The translations under genes were made by a program, and so were the position numbers. Source: an uncultured Gemmatimonadales bacterium (lineage in GTDB: Bacteria > Gemmatimonadota > Gemmatimonadetes > Longimicrobiales > Gaopeijiaceae). Taken from it: a DNA stretch of 64,000 bases. The stretch covers positions 3,008,001 through 3,072,000 of the forward strand of contig CAWELD010000003.1 of the NCBI GenBank assembly GCA_963809895.1, read 5' to 3'. Positions 10,689 to 19,453 of the stretch are shown here, one piece after another. The notes under the pieces were generated by a model. That model was given only the letters and a program-made list of their open reading frames with translations, had not been told where the DNA came from and did not search any database. Position 1 is the stretch's first letter. The number at the start of each line of letters is the position of its first letter.

Positions 10689-12635
10689 TCAGGGCAAGCC
10701 TCCTCCGGCCGGCAGCACCTGCACCTCCAGGCGACTGGCCTGGTCGGGCGTGTGATAGACCCGCTCGATGGCGACCACGAAGTCGCCGGCGTCGGCCTCG
10801 TAGATGTTCGGCACGTACGTCTGGGGATTGCGGTCGAAGGCCGGGAACCAGGTGCTCTGGACCTGGACCATGATGCGGTGGCCCGCCCCGAACGTGTGCA
10901 GCACGTCCTGGAGCGGGAACGTCACCTCGGTCACCCGGTTCGGCACGAAGGGCTCGGGTCGGTCGAAGCCGTTGCGGTAGCGCCCACGCATGATCTCGCC
11001 ACGCACCAGCTGCTGGTAGCCCCCGTAGTGCTCGGTGCTGTCCGGCCGGAACGGGCTGTCGGCTTCGTCCATGGGATAGACGTCGATGAGTTTGACCACG
11101 TAGTCCGATGCCGTGGTGGAGGTGCTCACGAAGAGGCGGGCCGTGATCTCGCCACCCAACGTGACGGCACTCTCCAACGGCGGGGTCCGGAACGTCACCA
11201 CGCCGCGGTTGTCGTCGAAGCAGCGCTGGTCGTCACTCATGTACTGGTACATGGTGAGACCCTGGATCGTGGGGATCTCACAGCGGCTGGGAACCGGACT
11301 CGCGGGATCGCTCACGTACTCCGAGAAGGCGCTCCCGGTGGAGGGGGGATCGAAGGACAACGCTTCGTCGGCGTTGAGGTAGAGCGACCGCGTGGTGGCG
11401 TCCCGCGCCGGCCACCCATCGAAGGAGCGCCACACCTTGGCACCGGTGTCGAACATGAGCGCCTCGGGAATCCCCACGGGCCCCTCCCCACCCTCCTTGA
11501 GGAAGTGGCGGAAGAACTGCGCCTCGACGTCGCGCTGGAACTTCACCTCCAGGGAATCCCCGAAGTAGATGTCGCCGTGAACGGTGTGCGTGATCCCCCG
11601 GCGCGACCATCCGCCGTGGCGAAAGGGACCCTCCACGATGGCGTTGAAGTTCTGCGGGTCGTGGGACTCGATGGTCTTGTAGACCTTGAGGGGTCCGTAG
11701 AGATCCTCGGCATCGAACCATCCCCCCACCGTCAGCATCGCGGGCATGTCACCACGCAGGTGCGGGCCCACGGCGCGCGCCTGCCAGAAGGCGTCGTAGT
11801 CCGGATGCTGGACGATCTCCTGCCAGAAGAAGTTGTCCTGGTAGTAGCGCTCGGTCGTGTTGCGCAGCGGCCCCAGCGCGAGTTGGAAGTCGTAGTCGTC
11901 GGGCAGACCGTCCTGCACCATGGAGGGTGCCCACCAGGCCTCGCTGGTGGGCTCGGGGTGCTGGATGCCGAACAGGGGATACGTGTAGAAGTAGCCCTGC
12001 GTGAGCGCGCCGTTGTGATGGAAGTCCTCGAAGTAGAAGTTCGTCACCGGCGCCTGTGGAGAGGCCGCCACCAGAGCCGGGTGGCCCGACAGGGCCCCCA
12101 TGGTGGTGAAGAAGCCGGGGTAGGAGATCCCCCACTGCCCGACCCGACCGTTGTTGTAATCCACGTTGTCGAGCAGCCACTCGATGGTGTCGTAGGTGTC
12201 GGAGGCCTCGTCCACCGCTGTGGGGTCCTGCGCTTTGATGGAGTCGGCGATGAAGGGGCGCACGTTGACCCAGGTGCCCTCGGACATGTAACGGCCCCGC
12301 ACGTCCTGGTACACGAAGATGTACTTGTCGCGCATCATGTACGGATCGGGCCCGACGATGGCCGGATAGGCGTCGGCGCCGTAAGGGGCCACCGAGTAGC
12401 AGGTCCGCTGCATCACCATGGGATACGTGCGGTCCGGCGAGGCGTCCCGGGGCGTGTAGACGATGGTGAAGAGCTTCACACCGTCACGCATGGGGATCTC
12501 ATATTCGTGCTTGACGTAGTTCGCCCGCACGAATTGCTCGCCGGTATCGGTGTCGGTCCGAGTCTGGGCGCAGGCCGTCGCGGCCAGCAGAAATGTCAGG
12601 GGGAGGGCAACCGAGACAACGCGTGGAGTCTTCAT
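10689..12635 (-). CDS. CocE/NonD family hydrolase (alpha-amino acid ester hydrolase-like), exported
   Basis: Signal peptide, IPMRDGVKLFT, QDVRGRYMSEG, catalytic GISYPG, GGWFDAED, C-terminal VQSTWFP.FDRNPQ. Confidence 0.93.
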   Translation of the reverse strand: MKTPRVVSVALPLTFLLAATACAQTRTDTDTGEQFVRANYVKHEYEIPMRDGVKLFTIVYTPRDASPDRTYPMVMQRTCYSVAPYGADAYPAIVGPDPYMMRDKYIFVYQDVRGRYMSEGTWVNVRPFIADSIKAQDPTAVDEASDTYDTIEWLLDNVDYNNGRVGQWGISYPGFFTTMGALSGHPALVAASPQAPVTNFYFEDFHHNGALTQGYFYTYPLFGIQHPEPTSEAWWAPSMVQDGLPDDYDFQLALGPLRNTTERYYQDNFFWQEIVQHPDYDAFWQARAVGPHLRGDMPAMLTVGGWFDAEDLYGPLKVYKTIESHDPQNFNAIVEGPFRHGGWSRRGITHTVHGDIYFGDSLEVKFQRDVEAQFFRHFLKEGGEGPVGIPEALMFDTGAKVWRSFDGWPARDATTRSLYLNADEALSFDPPSTGSAFSEYVSDPASPVPSRCEIPTIQGLTMYQYMSDDQRCFDDNRGVVTFRTPPLESAVTLGGEITARLFVSTSTTASDYVVKLIDVYPMDEADSPFRPDSTEHYGGYQQLVRGEIMRGRYRNGFDRPEPFVPNRVTEVTFPLQDVLHTFGAGHRIMVQVQSTWFPAFDRNPQTYVPNIYEADAGDFVVAIERVYHTPDQASRLEVQVLPAGGGLP

Positions 12636-12802
12636 GGGAGAAACGTGGGGCCGGCCCCGCGCGCGGCGCCAGAGGGGGTCACCTCGCGCACACGGGCGCC
12701 CGGCTCCTTCTCCCGGGATTTCCCTTCAGACGGCGGACCGACGCCGGCGACGGTCTTCGCCTCGATCGGCGCGAGGCCCGCATGCGGCCGCGGCGTCGGC
12801 CG

Positions 12803-13117
12803 TCAGACGGTGAAGCCCACCCCCGCCGCCACCGCCAGCAGGATGAGCACGACCCACGTGATCGGCCGCGCCCACACCGGACGCAGCTCTTTGCGCACGT
12901 CGTCCGCACGGTGCGGGTTGATGGCGATGGCCATGCGGCCCTCCTCGTCTTTCTGCCCTTCCACGAGGCGGTCCGACAGAAGCTGGTTCACGGCCTTCTG
13001 GTACTTCTCCGGATGCCTGTCGAAACCCGCGATGTCGGAAGGGCGGGTGAAGCCCGACCCGTTCCCGTTCTGGCGAGACCTGGAGAGCTCCCGGAGGATC
13101 GTCGTTCTCGGAGTCAT
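12803..13117 (-). CDS. Hypothetical protein, winged-helix-like N-terminus with C-terminal TM anchor
   Basis: 104 aa, normal codon bias, 'YQKAVNQLLSDRLVEG' helix/wing pattern, hydrophobic C-terminus. Confidence 0.65.
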   Translation of the reverse strand: MTPRTTILRELSRSRQNGNGSGFTRPSDIAGFDRHPEKYQKAVNQLLSDRLVEGQKDEEGRMAIAINPHRADDVRKELRPVWARPITWVVLILLAVAAGVGFTV

Positions 13118-13354
13118 CGGAATTGCGGCGGTTCAAGTTGGACTGGATTCGCGTGGTCCGTGCGATCCCGTACGAGATCAGACGCTCGCGGGTGTCAGAG
13201 AGTTGCGAAACGGGCGGGGGGAGGGCGGTCGCGCGTGCAGCACTGGTGACGGCCACGGTGATCGGCATGGTGGCGGCGGGCGGGGGCGTGGCGGGTGCGG
13301 CGGCCGGTGGCGGTCGCGATGCCGGTCGCGGCGGCCGATGGCGGTGGCGGCGCG

Positions 13355-13444
13355 GTCGCGGGCACGGTCATGGTCGCGGGCACGGCCATGGTCGCTGGCA
13401 CGGTGATGGTGGCGGGCACGGTGATGGTGGCGGGCACGGCCGGC
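13355..13444 (+). repeat. 18-bp tandem repeat, about 5 copies (GT[C/G]GCGGGCACGG[T/C][C/G]ATG)
   Basis: Units start at 13355, 13373, 13391, 13409 and 13427 (last one partial). Confidence 0.85.
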
Positions 13445-13446
13445 GA

Positions 13447-13631
13447 GGCTGCTGTCAATCAAGCAACCGCCCGCAATGTGACGACGCTCGCAGGGTTCGC
13501 GGCAATTATCGCGGCGTGGGCCTCACGCGAGCCCTGACCCCCTCTCCGGCGCTGGATTCACGGCAACCATCGCCGCGAATCGAGCAAGGTCCCGGGAAGA
13601 GGGCCGCCTTGCTCGCTTGACGGCAGCCGTC
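13447..13631. repeat. Phased repeat module 1 (inverted unit + three direct ~24-nt units), downstream of DUF559 gene 1
   Basis: Inverted unit 13447-13466. Direct units 13487-13510, 13548-13571 and 13608-13631, with the GGCA core at 13501, 13562 and 13622. Confidence 0.65.
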
Positions 13632-13749
13632 TCCCGCCTCTGGTGGGTCGTCGCCAGGATTCCCCGACTTCTCGCGGATGGCGGGTGCTCCGGCCATGCC
13701 GACCTCCCAGTCGCGCCAACCGCACGTCGCCCTCGACGCCAGTGCGCCT

Positions 13750-14706
13750 TCACCGCGAACGACCGTCGCCAATCCTGAGCGCGCGCATCCCGGCCAATGC
13801 CTGGCCGAGCCGGACAAGCAACTCCTCCCGCTCCACCGTCAGGTGCTTCCAGGTCACGCGCATCACTCGCAGACCGGCGGCGGTCAGCCGCATGTCCCGG
13901 TCGCGGTCCCGCTCGAAGGCCTCGGGAGACGAGTGGTAGTCGTATCCGTCGACCTCGACCACGAGTCCGGCGCCTCGCCAGAAGAAGTCGACTTCCATGC
14001 CTTCGACGCGCGCGTTGACCTGCGGCGGCGGGACGCGAGCCTTCCGCACCAGCCCGAGAAAGCGTGCCTCGGCCTCGGACCGGGTGAAGGCGGGTGAGAA
14101 TGCCGGCTGCAGGAGCTCGCGCAACAACGGCGCCCCGGGGCGATGCGCGTGGCGGCCCAGCAGCTCCTCCAGGCGAGCTTGCTCCAGAAGGCCGCCCCGC
14201 TTGGCGTTCGCCAGCGCCCGCTCCAATTGCTTCGGGCTCGCGACACCCGCCAAATCGATCAGCGTCCGGGCGGGGGTCGTCAGGGGGATCCTGGACTTCA
14301 TCGTGGTCTCGTCGTCGTTGAGCGTCGTCATCCTGTGGACGCGGACACCTGGACCGGGGGCGCGGCAGCCGCGCCGAATGCTCACGTCCAGCGGGGACCC
14401 GCGACCGGCGTCCGTGAGCATGGCCCACAGGACGGCGGCGCTGCGGTGACTCAGCGCCGCGGTCGGTCCGCACGCCAGCACGGCCGCCATCTCCCCGGCG
14501 TACCGTCCCGCCACGGGCCCGACCTGGTAGACCCCGCGGTACAGGGGGGTCAGGCGGCCACGCTGCACACGGTAGTCGATGCGGTGGCTCGCCACACCGG
14601 CCCGGAGCAGCTGGGTCCGCGTGACCACCCCGTGCTGACCTTCCGCGAGGGCGGTGATGATGCGGAATGGGTCGCGGGCGTCGCGGCCTGGAAGCTCCGC
14701 TCGCAC
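13750..14706 (-). CDS. AbiEi-antitoxin-like N-terminus + DUF559/Vsr-like endonuclease protein (copy 1)
   Basis: QHGVVTRTQL, RGVYQVG, LSHRSAA, TTPARTLIDLA, RSEAE, EVDF.W...LVVEVDG.DYH...F.RDR.RD. The GTG at 14706 gives 318 aa, matching the paralogue length; the ORF track extends to 14841. Confidence 0.88.
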   Translation of the reverse strand: MRAELPGRDARDPFRIITALAEGQHGVVTRTQLLRAGVASHRIDYRVQRGRLTPLYRGVYQVGPVAGRYAGEMAAVLACGPTAALSHRSAAVLWAMLTDAGRGSPLDVSIRRGCRAPGPGVRVHRMTTLNDDETTMKSRIPLTTPARTLIDLAGVASPKQLERALANAKRGGLLEQARLEELLGRHAHRPGAPLLRELLQPAFSPAFTRSEAEARFLGLVRKARVPPPQVNARVEGMEVDFFWRGAGLVVEVDGYDYHSSPEAFERDRDRDMRLTAAGLRVMRVTWKHLTVEREELLVRLGQALAGMRALRIGDGRSR

Positions 14707-14720
14707 CGCATCCTGGCGGC

Positions 14721-14906
14721 CAGTGCCGTCAACCCTGCGAGGACCGGGTCGGCTCGTGCGACTCGTAGGATTCACGGCAATTATCCCCGTCTGGGCTGCA
14801 GGAAGTCCGGAGGGGTGGGTCGCTATCAGGACCGACGGCACTATGTCCGGTCAGGACCGCATGGAGGCCGGCACAAGCCTCGCTTGCTCCATTGACGGCA
14901 ACGACA
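14721..14906. repeat. Phased repeat module 2, upstream of DUF559 gene 1
   Basis: Inverted unit 14724-14741. Direct units 14762-14785, 14823-14846 and 14883-14906, with the GGCA core at 14776, 14837 and 14897. Offset to module 1 is 1275 bp. Confidence 0.65.
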
Positions 14907-14957
14907 AGCCACGGGGCCTCGTCCTCACCGGCTTCCTCCCCACCCGGCCGAGAAGCT

Positions 14958-15058
14958 ACCCGCCGTCCCCGGGCGATCCCATGGGCGAATCGGTCGAATC
15001 CGCCCGCCGCGTTCGAACCCTGACCCGCCGCCCCCGGGCGACCCAATGGGCGAATCGG
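14958..15058 (+). repeat. 36-bp direct repeat pair separated by 29 bp
   Basis: ACCCGCCGTCCCCGGGCGATCCCATGGGCGAATCGG (14958-14993) and ACCCGCCGCCCCCGGGCGACCCAATGGGCGAATCGG (15023-15058), 33/36 identical. Confidence 0.8.
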
Positions 15059-15149
15059 CCGCGCACGCACGCCCGGCCACTCTCGCCCTCTCGCCGCCCG
15101 CACGCGCACCCTGGCCCACACCGGACCCACCCTTGCCCTCGCCCGCAGA

Positions 15150-16025
15150 CTAGGTGCCCGCCCCACCCCCTCCCGCCGCACCCGCGGCCACCGCGCCACG
15201 AGCGCCATCGGTCGCATTCCCCATCCCCAATCGACCCCGAAGCCGCCAGAAGATCACGGCCACCGCCACCGCCACGATGGCCAGCGCGGCGCCGAACTCC
15301 CCGATGACCCATTTCGTGGGGCCGGTGTCGACGGTGGCGGGGTCGAAGTAGCCCTGGATGTAGAGATTGTGGCTCGCGTGCAGGAGGGCTCCGGTCCACA
15401 GGCTTCCCGACTTCAGCCGCAGCCATGCCAGCGGAACGCTGATCCCCACGACCAGCACCACGAAGCAGAGCGTGGAATACCACCACGGCGTGCCGCCGTT
15501 GTAGTTGGCGAACACGATCAGGGGAACGTGCCAGGAGGCCCAGATGAGCCCGCTGATCACCGCCGTGCCGGTGAAGCTCGTCACCCGAGCCAGCTCCGGG
15601 ACCAACAGCCCACGCCAGCCGATCTCCTCGCCGGTGGCCGACCGGATGCTGAAGAGGGATCCCACCAACACGAACTGCCACACGCTCCCGGGACGCGGCC
15701 CCGACGGGCTCCCCAGGCCCGTGTACCAGACGGCGAGATAGGCCACCGACGCGTACCCGATCGGCAGCAGATAGGCCAGCACCTGCCATCGGGTCTTCCC
15801 CCACCGCCACCCCATCCCCCGGAGATTCCCCTGGAGGATCAGTCGTGTGAGGATCGCGGCCGTACCCGGCGACCACATGAGCAGCAGCACGTACCAGCCG
15901 CCGGCAGCGCCAAGGTCCCCGGCGCGGATGATGAGCGTGTAGAAGACGGCGCTGAAGGTGAAGGTGAGCGCCAGGTAGAGCCCGATCTTCCTCCATGCGT
16001 CCCTGCGTGCCTCTGAATCGGCCAT
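15150..16025 (-). CDS. CPBP (CAAX/Abi) family intramembrane metalloprotease
   Basis: GEEIGWRG, WASWH, HASHN motifs, multi-TM. Start MADSEARR at 16025. Confidence 0.9.
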   Translation of the reverse strand: MADSEARRDAWRKIGLYLALTFTFSAVFYTLIIRAGDLGAAGGWYVLLLMWSPGTAAILTRLILQGNLRGMGWRWGKTRWQVLAYLLPIGYASVAYLAVWYTGLGSPSGPRPGSVWQFVLVGSLFSIRSATGEEIGWRGLLVPELARVTSFTGTAVISGLIWASWHVPLIVFANYNGGTPWWYSTLCFVVLVVGISVPLAWLRLKSGSLWTGALLHASHNLYIQGYFDPATVDTGPTKWVIGEFGAALAIVAVAVAVIFWRLRGRLGMGNATDGARGAVAAGAAGGGGAGT

Positions 16026-16156
16026 GGGTCGTGCGCGCTCCGCGTCCAGGGGGGGGTCGGCTCGCCGACGCCGCGGGGGAGCCCCGGGCGCGGGGGGAGC
16101 CCGGGCACGAAATGCGCCGGGGCCCCCTCCAGGAAGCGGGGCGAGCCAGGTCGGAA

Positions 16157-19100
16157 CTACATCACCAGCCGGCAACCCTCCGGCTTGTCGCACTGGGGAT
16201 CGATGGCCGGCAGGTTCAGCCGCTCCAACTCGCGATTCACGTCGGCCAGATCACTGTTCCAGATCTCCTGCAGGCGATCGAGGTAGCCCTCGAGGCGATT
16301 GCTCATGATGCGGAAGATCTCGGGCATGTTGTTGTTGGGCCGGCCGTCACCACGCTCGGCCATGGCCATGAGGTTGGCCAGACGGTTGTTGACCCGGATC
16401 GGGAAGTTGAGCGGGTCCTGTCCGCTCTGGTTCTTCACCTGATAGATGTCGGCCTCCACCGCCGACGCGTTCTTGTCGAGCGCGTCTCCCGCCGAGTGCA
16501 GGCGTCCGTCGTCGGACTCCTCGAGGCGGTTGTCGAGCTGCGCCTTCACGCGCCGAATGGCGATGACGGCTTCGTTGGCGTCGTTCACCCGGTCCCGGAC
16601 CATGCGCGAGAACTCGTACTGCGCGCGCATGTCCGCGTCCGTCACCTCGGGGATCCAGGGATTCCCCTCGACCATGAGCGGCGCGGTCACCGTCTCGCCG
16701 TCCGCGGTGAGGCGCACGGTGTAGCGACCCGGAGGCGCCGTGGGGCCCATGGGCCGCGCTCCCCAGAAGATCATCCCCGGAAAGCTCTTCCAGGATTCGC
16801 CTTCCAGATTCCAGCGCAGCGTGTTGAGCCCGGCCTCGTTGGAGAGCCAGGGTCCGCCGCCGCCGAAGCGCCGCGGGCCTCCCCCGCCCTGCGCCGAGTC
16901 CGGCGTCGTGGTGTCGGGCACGAAGGTGCGCAGCACGGCGCCGGTCGAGTCGACGATCTCGAGCTTGGCGCTCTCGGCGGCGTCCTTCATCCACCAGGAG
17001 ATCGTGACGTCCGGCCCGGAGCGGACCGCAACGGGGGGATCGAAGAGCGTCACGTCGGCGGTGGCGATCTGCGCCATGGCCTGCCGCAACGGGGCGATGT
17101 CGTCCAGGACCCAGAAGCCCCGGCCGTGGCTGGCGATGACGAGCTCGTTCTTCTCCACCACCAGGTCCACCACCGGCAGGTCCGGCATGTTGTTGGTGAG
17201 ATCCTGCCACGAGTCCCCGTCGTCGTACGAGATGTACACGCCGTGCTGCGTGGCCGCGTACAGGAGCCCCTGTCGGTTCGGGTCTTCACGCACCGCGTGC
17301 ACGTAGGCGTCCGGACGGATACCCGACACGGTCTTCTCCCAGGTCTGACCGTAGTCGTGGGTCCGGTAGATGTAGGGCGCCTGATCGTCGAGCAGCGGGC
17401 GCTTGACCGCGACGTAGGCGGCGCCGTCGCTGAAGCTCGACGCATCGATCTGGCTGACGCGCCCGAAGTCGGGCATGTCGGGAGGGGTCACGTCGGTCCA
17501 GGTCTGGCCGCCGTCGCGGGTCACGTGGATCAGGCCGTCGTCGGACCCGGTCCAGATCACGTTCATGTTCCGCTTGCCCGGGGCCACCGAGAAGATCACG
17601 GCGTACACCTCGGGGCCGTTCATGTCATGCGTGATGGGACCGCCCGAGGGGCCCATGGTGCTGGGATCGTGACGCGTGAGGTCACCGCTGAGCGCGGTCC
17701 ACGTCCTACCACCGTCCTTGGACGACCACAGGCGCTGCGACGACGTGTAGAGCGTCTGGTGATCCACCGGCGAGAAGATGATGGGGAACGTCCACTGCCA
17801 GCGCTCGCGGATGTCCTCGGAAGGCTCGCCCGAATAAAACCACGGATAGGGATTCACCTCGCGGTGCGTGCCCAGGGCGTGATCGTACTTGTCGATGTAG
17901 CCGCCGTTGTTGTCGCCGGAGAAGAAGAGCTGGAAGTCGTTGGGATCCGGCGCGATGTAGCCCGGCTCACCTCCGCCCACGGCGTAGGCCTGGTTCATGG
18001 CACCGGCGGTGACCTCCCGGTACCCGTTGTCATCATCACCGCCACCACCGCCCCCGCCGAAGCCCCGTCCACCGCCGAGATTCCAGTCGTACGGCAGGCA
18101 CAGGGTGCTGTTGTCCTGCTGCGCGCCACACACGTCGTAGGGGATCTTGGTCGTGGTGATGACGTGGTAGAACTGGGCCGTGGGAAAGTCCTGGTCGGTC
18201 CAACTGGCGGCGGTGTCGGTGGAGACCGCACCACCCCCGTCGTTGGCCACCACGAGGTGGGCCGGGTCGTCGGGATCGATCCACAGGTCGTGGAAGTCGC
18301 CGTGCGTGCCCCGGATCGAGCGCATGGTCTCACCGGCGTCTTCGGAGCGGTAGAGCGACGTGTTCTCCATGTAGACCACGTCCTGGTCCATCGGATCGGC
18401 GAAGACGTTGGTGTAGTAGAAGGAGCGCTGGCGGATGTTGCGGCTGTCGTTCATCCGCTCCCAGGTGGCGCCGGCGTCGTCGCTCTTGAAGAGTCCCCCC
18501 TCGTCGTTCTCCACCAACGCGTACACGCGGTCGGAGTTGGCCCTGGACACCGAGACGCCGATGCGGCCCACCAGTCCTTCGGCCGGAAGTCCGGGATTGC
18601 GGGTGAGCTCCTGCCAGGTCTCGCCGCCGTCGGTGCTCTTGAAGAGCCCGCTCCCCACGCCCCCGCTGGACATCTTGTACTCGGTGCGGTAGGCCTGCCA
18701 CAGCGCGGCGTACACGACATCGGGGTTGTTGCGGTCGATGGAGATGTCCACGGCGCCGGTGCTGTCGTTCCGGAAGAGCACCTTGCGCCAGGTGTCGCCG
18801 CCGTCGGTGCTCTTGAAGACGCCCCGCTCGGGGCTCGACACGCCGTACTCGCCGAAGACCGCCGCGAACACGATGTCGGGATTCGTGGGATGGATGCGGA
18901 TCTTCGAGATCGCGTCCACGTCGCGGAATCCCACGTGGGTCCAGGTCTCTCCGGCGTCCGTGGATTTGTAGATGCCGTCACCGGGCATGATGTTGCCCCG
19001 GATCGCCGACTCGCCCATGCCGATGAAGACGATGTTGGGGTCGGTCTCGCTCACCGCCACCGCACCCACCGAGGCGCTGGTGACCTGATGATCCGTGACG

Positions 19101-19381
19101 GGGAACCAGTTCTCGCCGCCGTCGGTGGTCTTCCAGAGCCCACCACCGACGGCCCCGAAATAGGCGACATCGGGCTGGCCGCGCACCCCGGTGGCCGCGA
19201 TGGAGCGCCCGCCGCGATCGGGTCCGATGTTGCGCCACTGGAAGTTGCTCAGCACCGCGGAGTCGAGAACGAGGCCTCCGGAGGCCATTTGCTGAGCAGG
19301 AAGCACGCCGGGAGCCGCCAGCAGGGCGACCAGGGCAGCGGCGGATAGCGAAGGCGATGTGACGATTCGCGTTCGAGTCAT
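16157..19381 (-). CDS. VPS10/sortilin-like BNR-repeat glycosyl hydrolase, exported
   Basis: WRNIGPDRGGR, many S.D.G.TW Asp-box repeats, HGDFHDLWIDP, QQDNS, ASHGRGFWVLDD, C-terminal coiled coil. Confidence 0.9.
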   Translation of the reverse strand: MTRTRIVTSPSLSAAALVALLAAPGVLPAQQMASGGLVLDSAVLSNFQWRNIGPDRGGRSIAATGVRGQPDVAYFGAVGGGLWKTTDGGENWFPVTDHQVTSASVGAVAVSETDPNIVFIGMGESAIRGNIMPGDGIYKSTDAGETWTHVGFRDVDAISKIRIHPTNPDIVFAAVFGEYGVSSPERGVFKSTDGGDTWRKVLFRNDSTGAVDISIDRNNPDVVYAALWQAYRTEYKMSSGGVGSGLFKSTDGGETWQELTRNPGLPAEGLVGRIGVSVSRANSDRVYALVENDEGGLFKSDDAGATWERMNDSRNIRQRSFYYTNVFADPMDQDVVYMENTSLYRSEDAGETMRSIRGTHGDFHDLWIDPDDPAHLVVANDGGGAVSTDTAASWTDQDFPTAQFYHVITTTKIPYDVCGAQQDNSTLCLPYDWNLGGGRGFGGGGGGGDDDNGYREVTAGAMNQAYAVGGGEPGYIAPDPNDFQLFFSGDNNGGYIDKYDHALGTHREVNPYPWFYSGEPSEDIRERWQWTFPIIFSPVDHQTLYTSSQRLWSSKDGGRTWTALSGDLTRHDPSTMGPSGGPITHDMNGPEVYAVIFSVAPGKRNMNVIWTGSDDGLIHVTRDGGQTWTDVTPPDMPDFGRVSQIDASSFSDGAAYVAVKRPLLDDQAPYIYRTHDYGQTWEKTVSGIRPDAYVHAVREDPNRQGLLYAATQHGVYISYDDGDSWQDLTNNMPDLPVVDLVVEKNELVIASHGRGFWVLDDIAPLRQAMAQIATADVTLFDPPVAVRSGPDVTISWWMKDAAESAKLEIVDSTGAVLRTFVPDTTTPDSAQGGGGPRRFGGGGPWLSNEAGLNTLRWNLEGESWKSFPGMIFWGARPMGPTAPPGRYTVRLTADGETVTAPLMVEGNPWIPEVTDADMRAQYEFSRMVRDRVNDANEAVIAIRRVKAQLDNRLEESDDGRLHSAGDALDKNASAVEADIYQVKNQSGQDPLNFPIRVNNRLANLMAMAERGDGRPNNNMPEIFRIMSNRLEGYLDRLQEIWNSDLADVNRELERLNLPAIDPQCDKPEGCRLVM

Positions 19382-19453
19382 GATGTGGATCCGGGAAGTC
19401 GGGGGACGAGTGCGCGGAGGCGAAAGTAGGCCGTGCGCCCTCCGCGGGCGAGA

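Noticed and set aside
13477..13492. TGTGA-N6-TCGCA, CRP/FNR-like box
   Set aside because: Lies between convergent or unrelated contexts inside module 1 and is not kept in module 2. Likely chance.
13123..13620. ORFs with GHGRGH / VAGTVM / VPATIT repeats
   Set aside because: All are translations of the 18-bp tandem repeat, with no RBS or domain evidence.
14990..15030. GTTCGAACCC, resembling a tRNA T-loop
   Set aside because: No T-stem, acceptor stem or cloverleaf can be formed.
13447..15058. Calling the repeat modules a CRISPR array
   Set aside because: Units are too degenerate and too few, include inverted copies, and there are no cas genes in the window. Kept as an unclassified repeat system.
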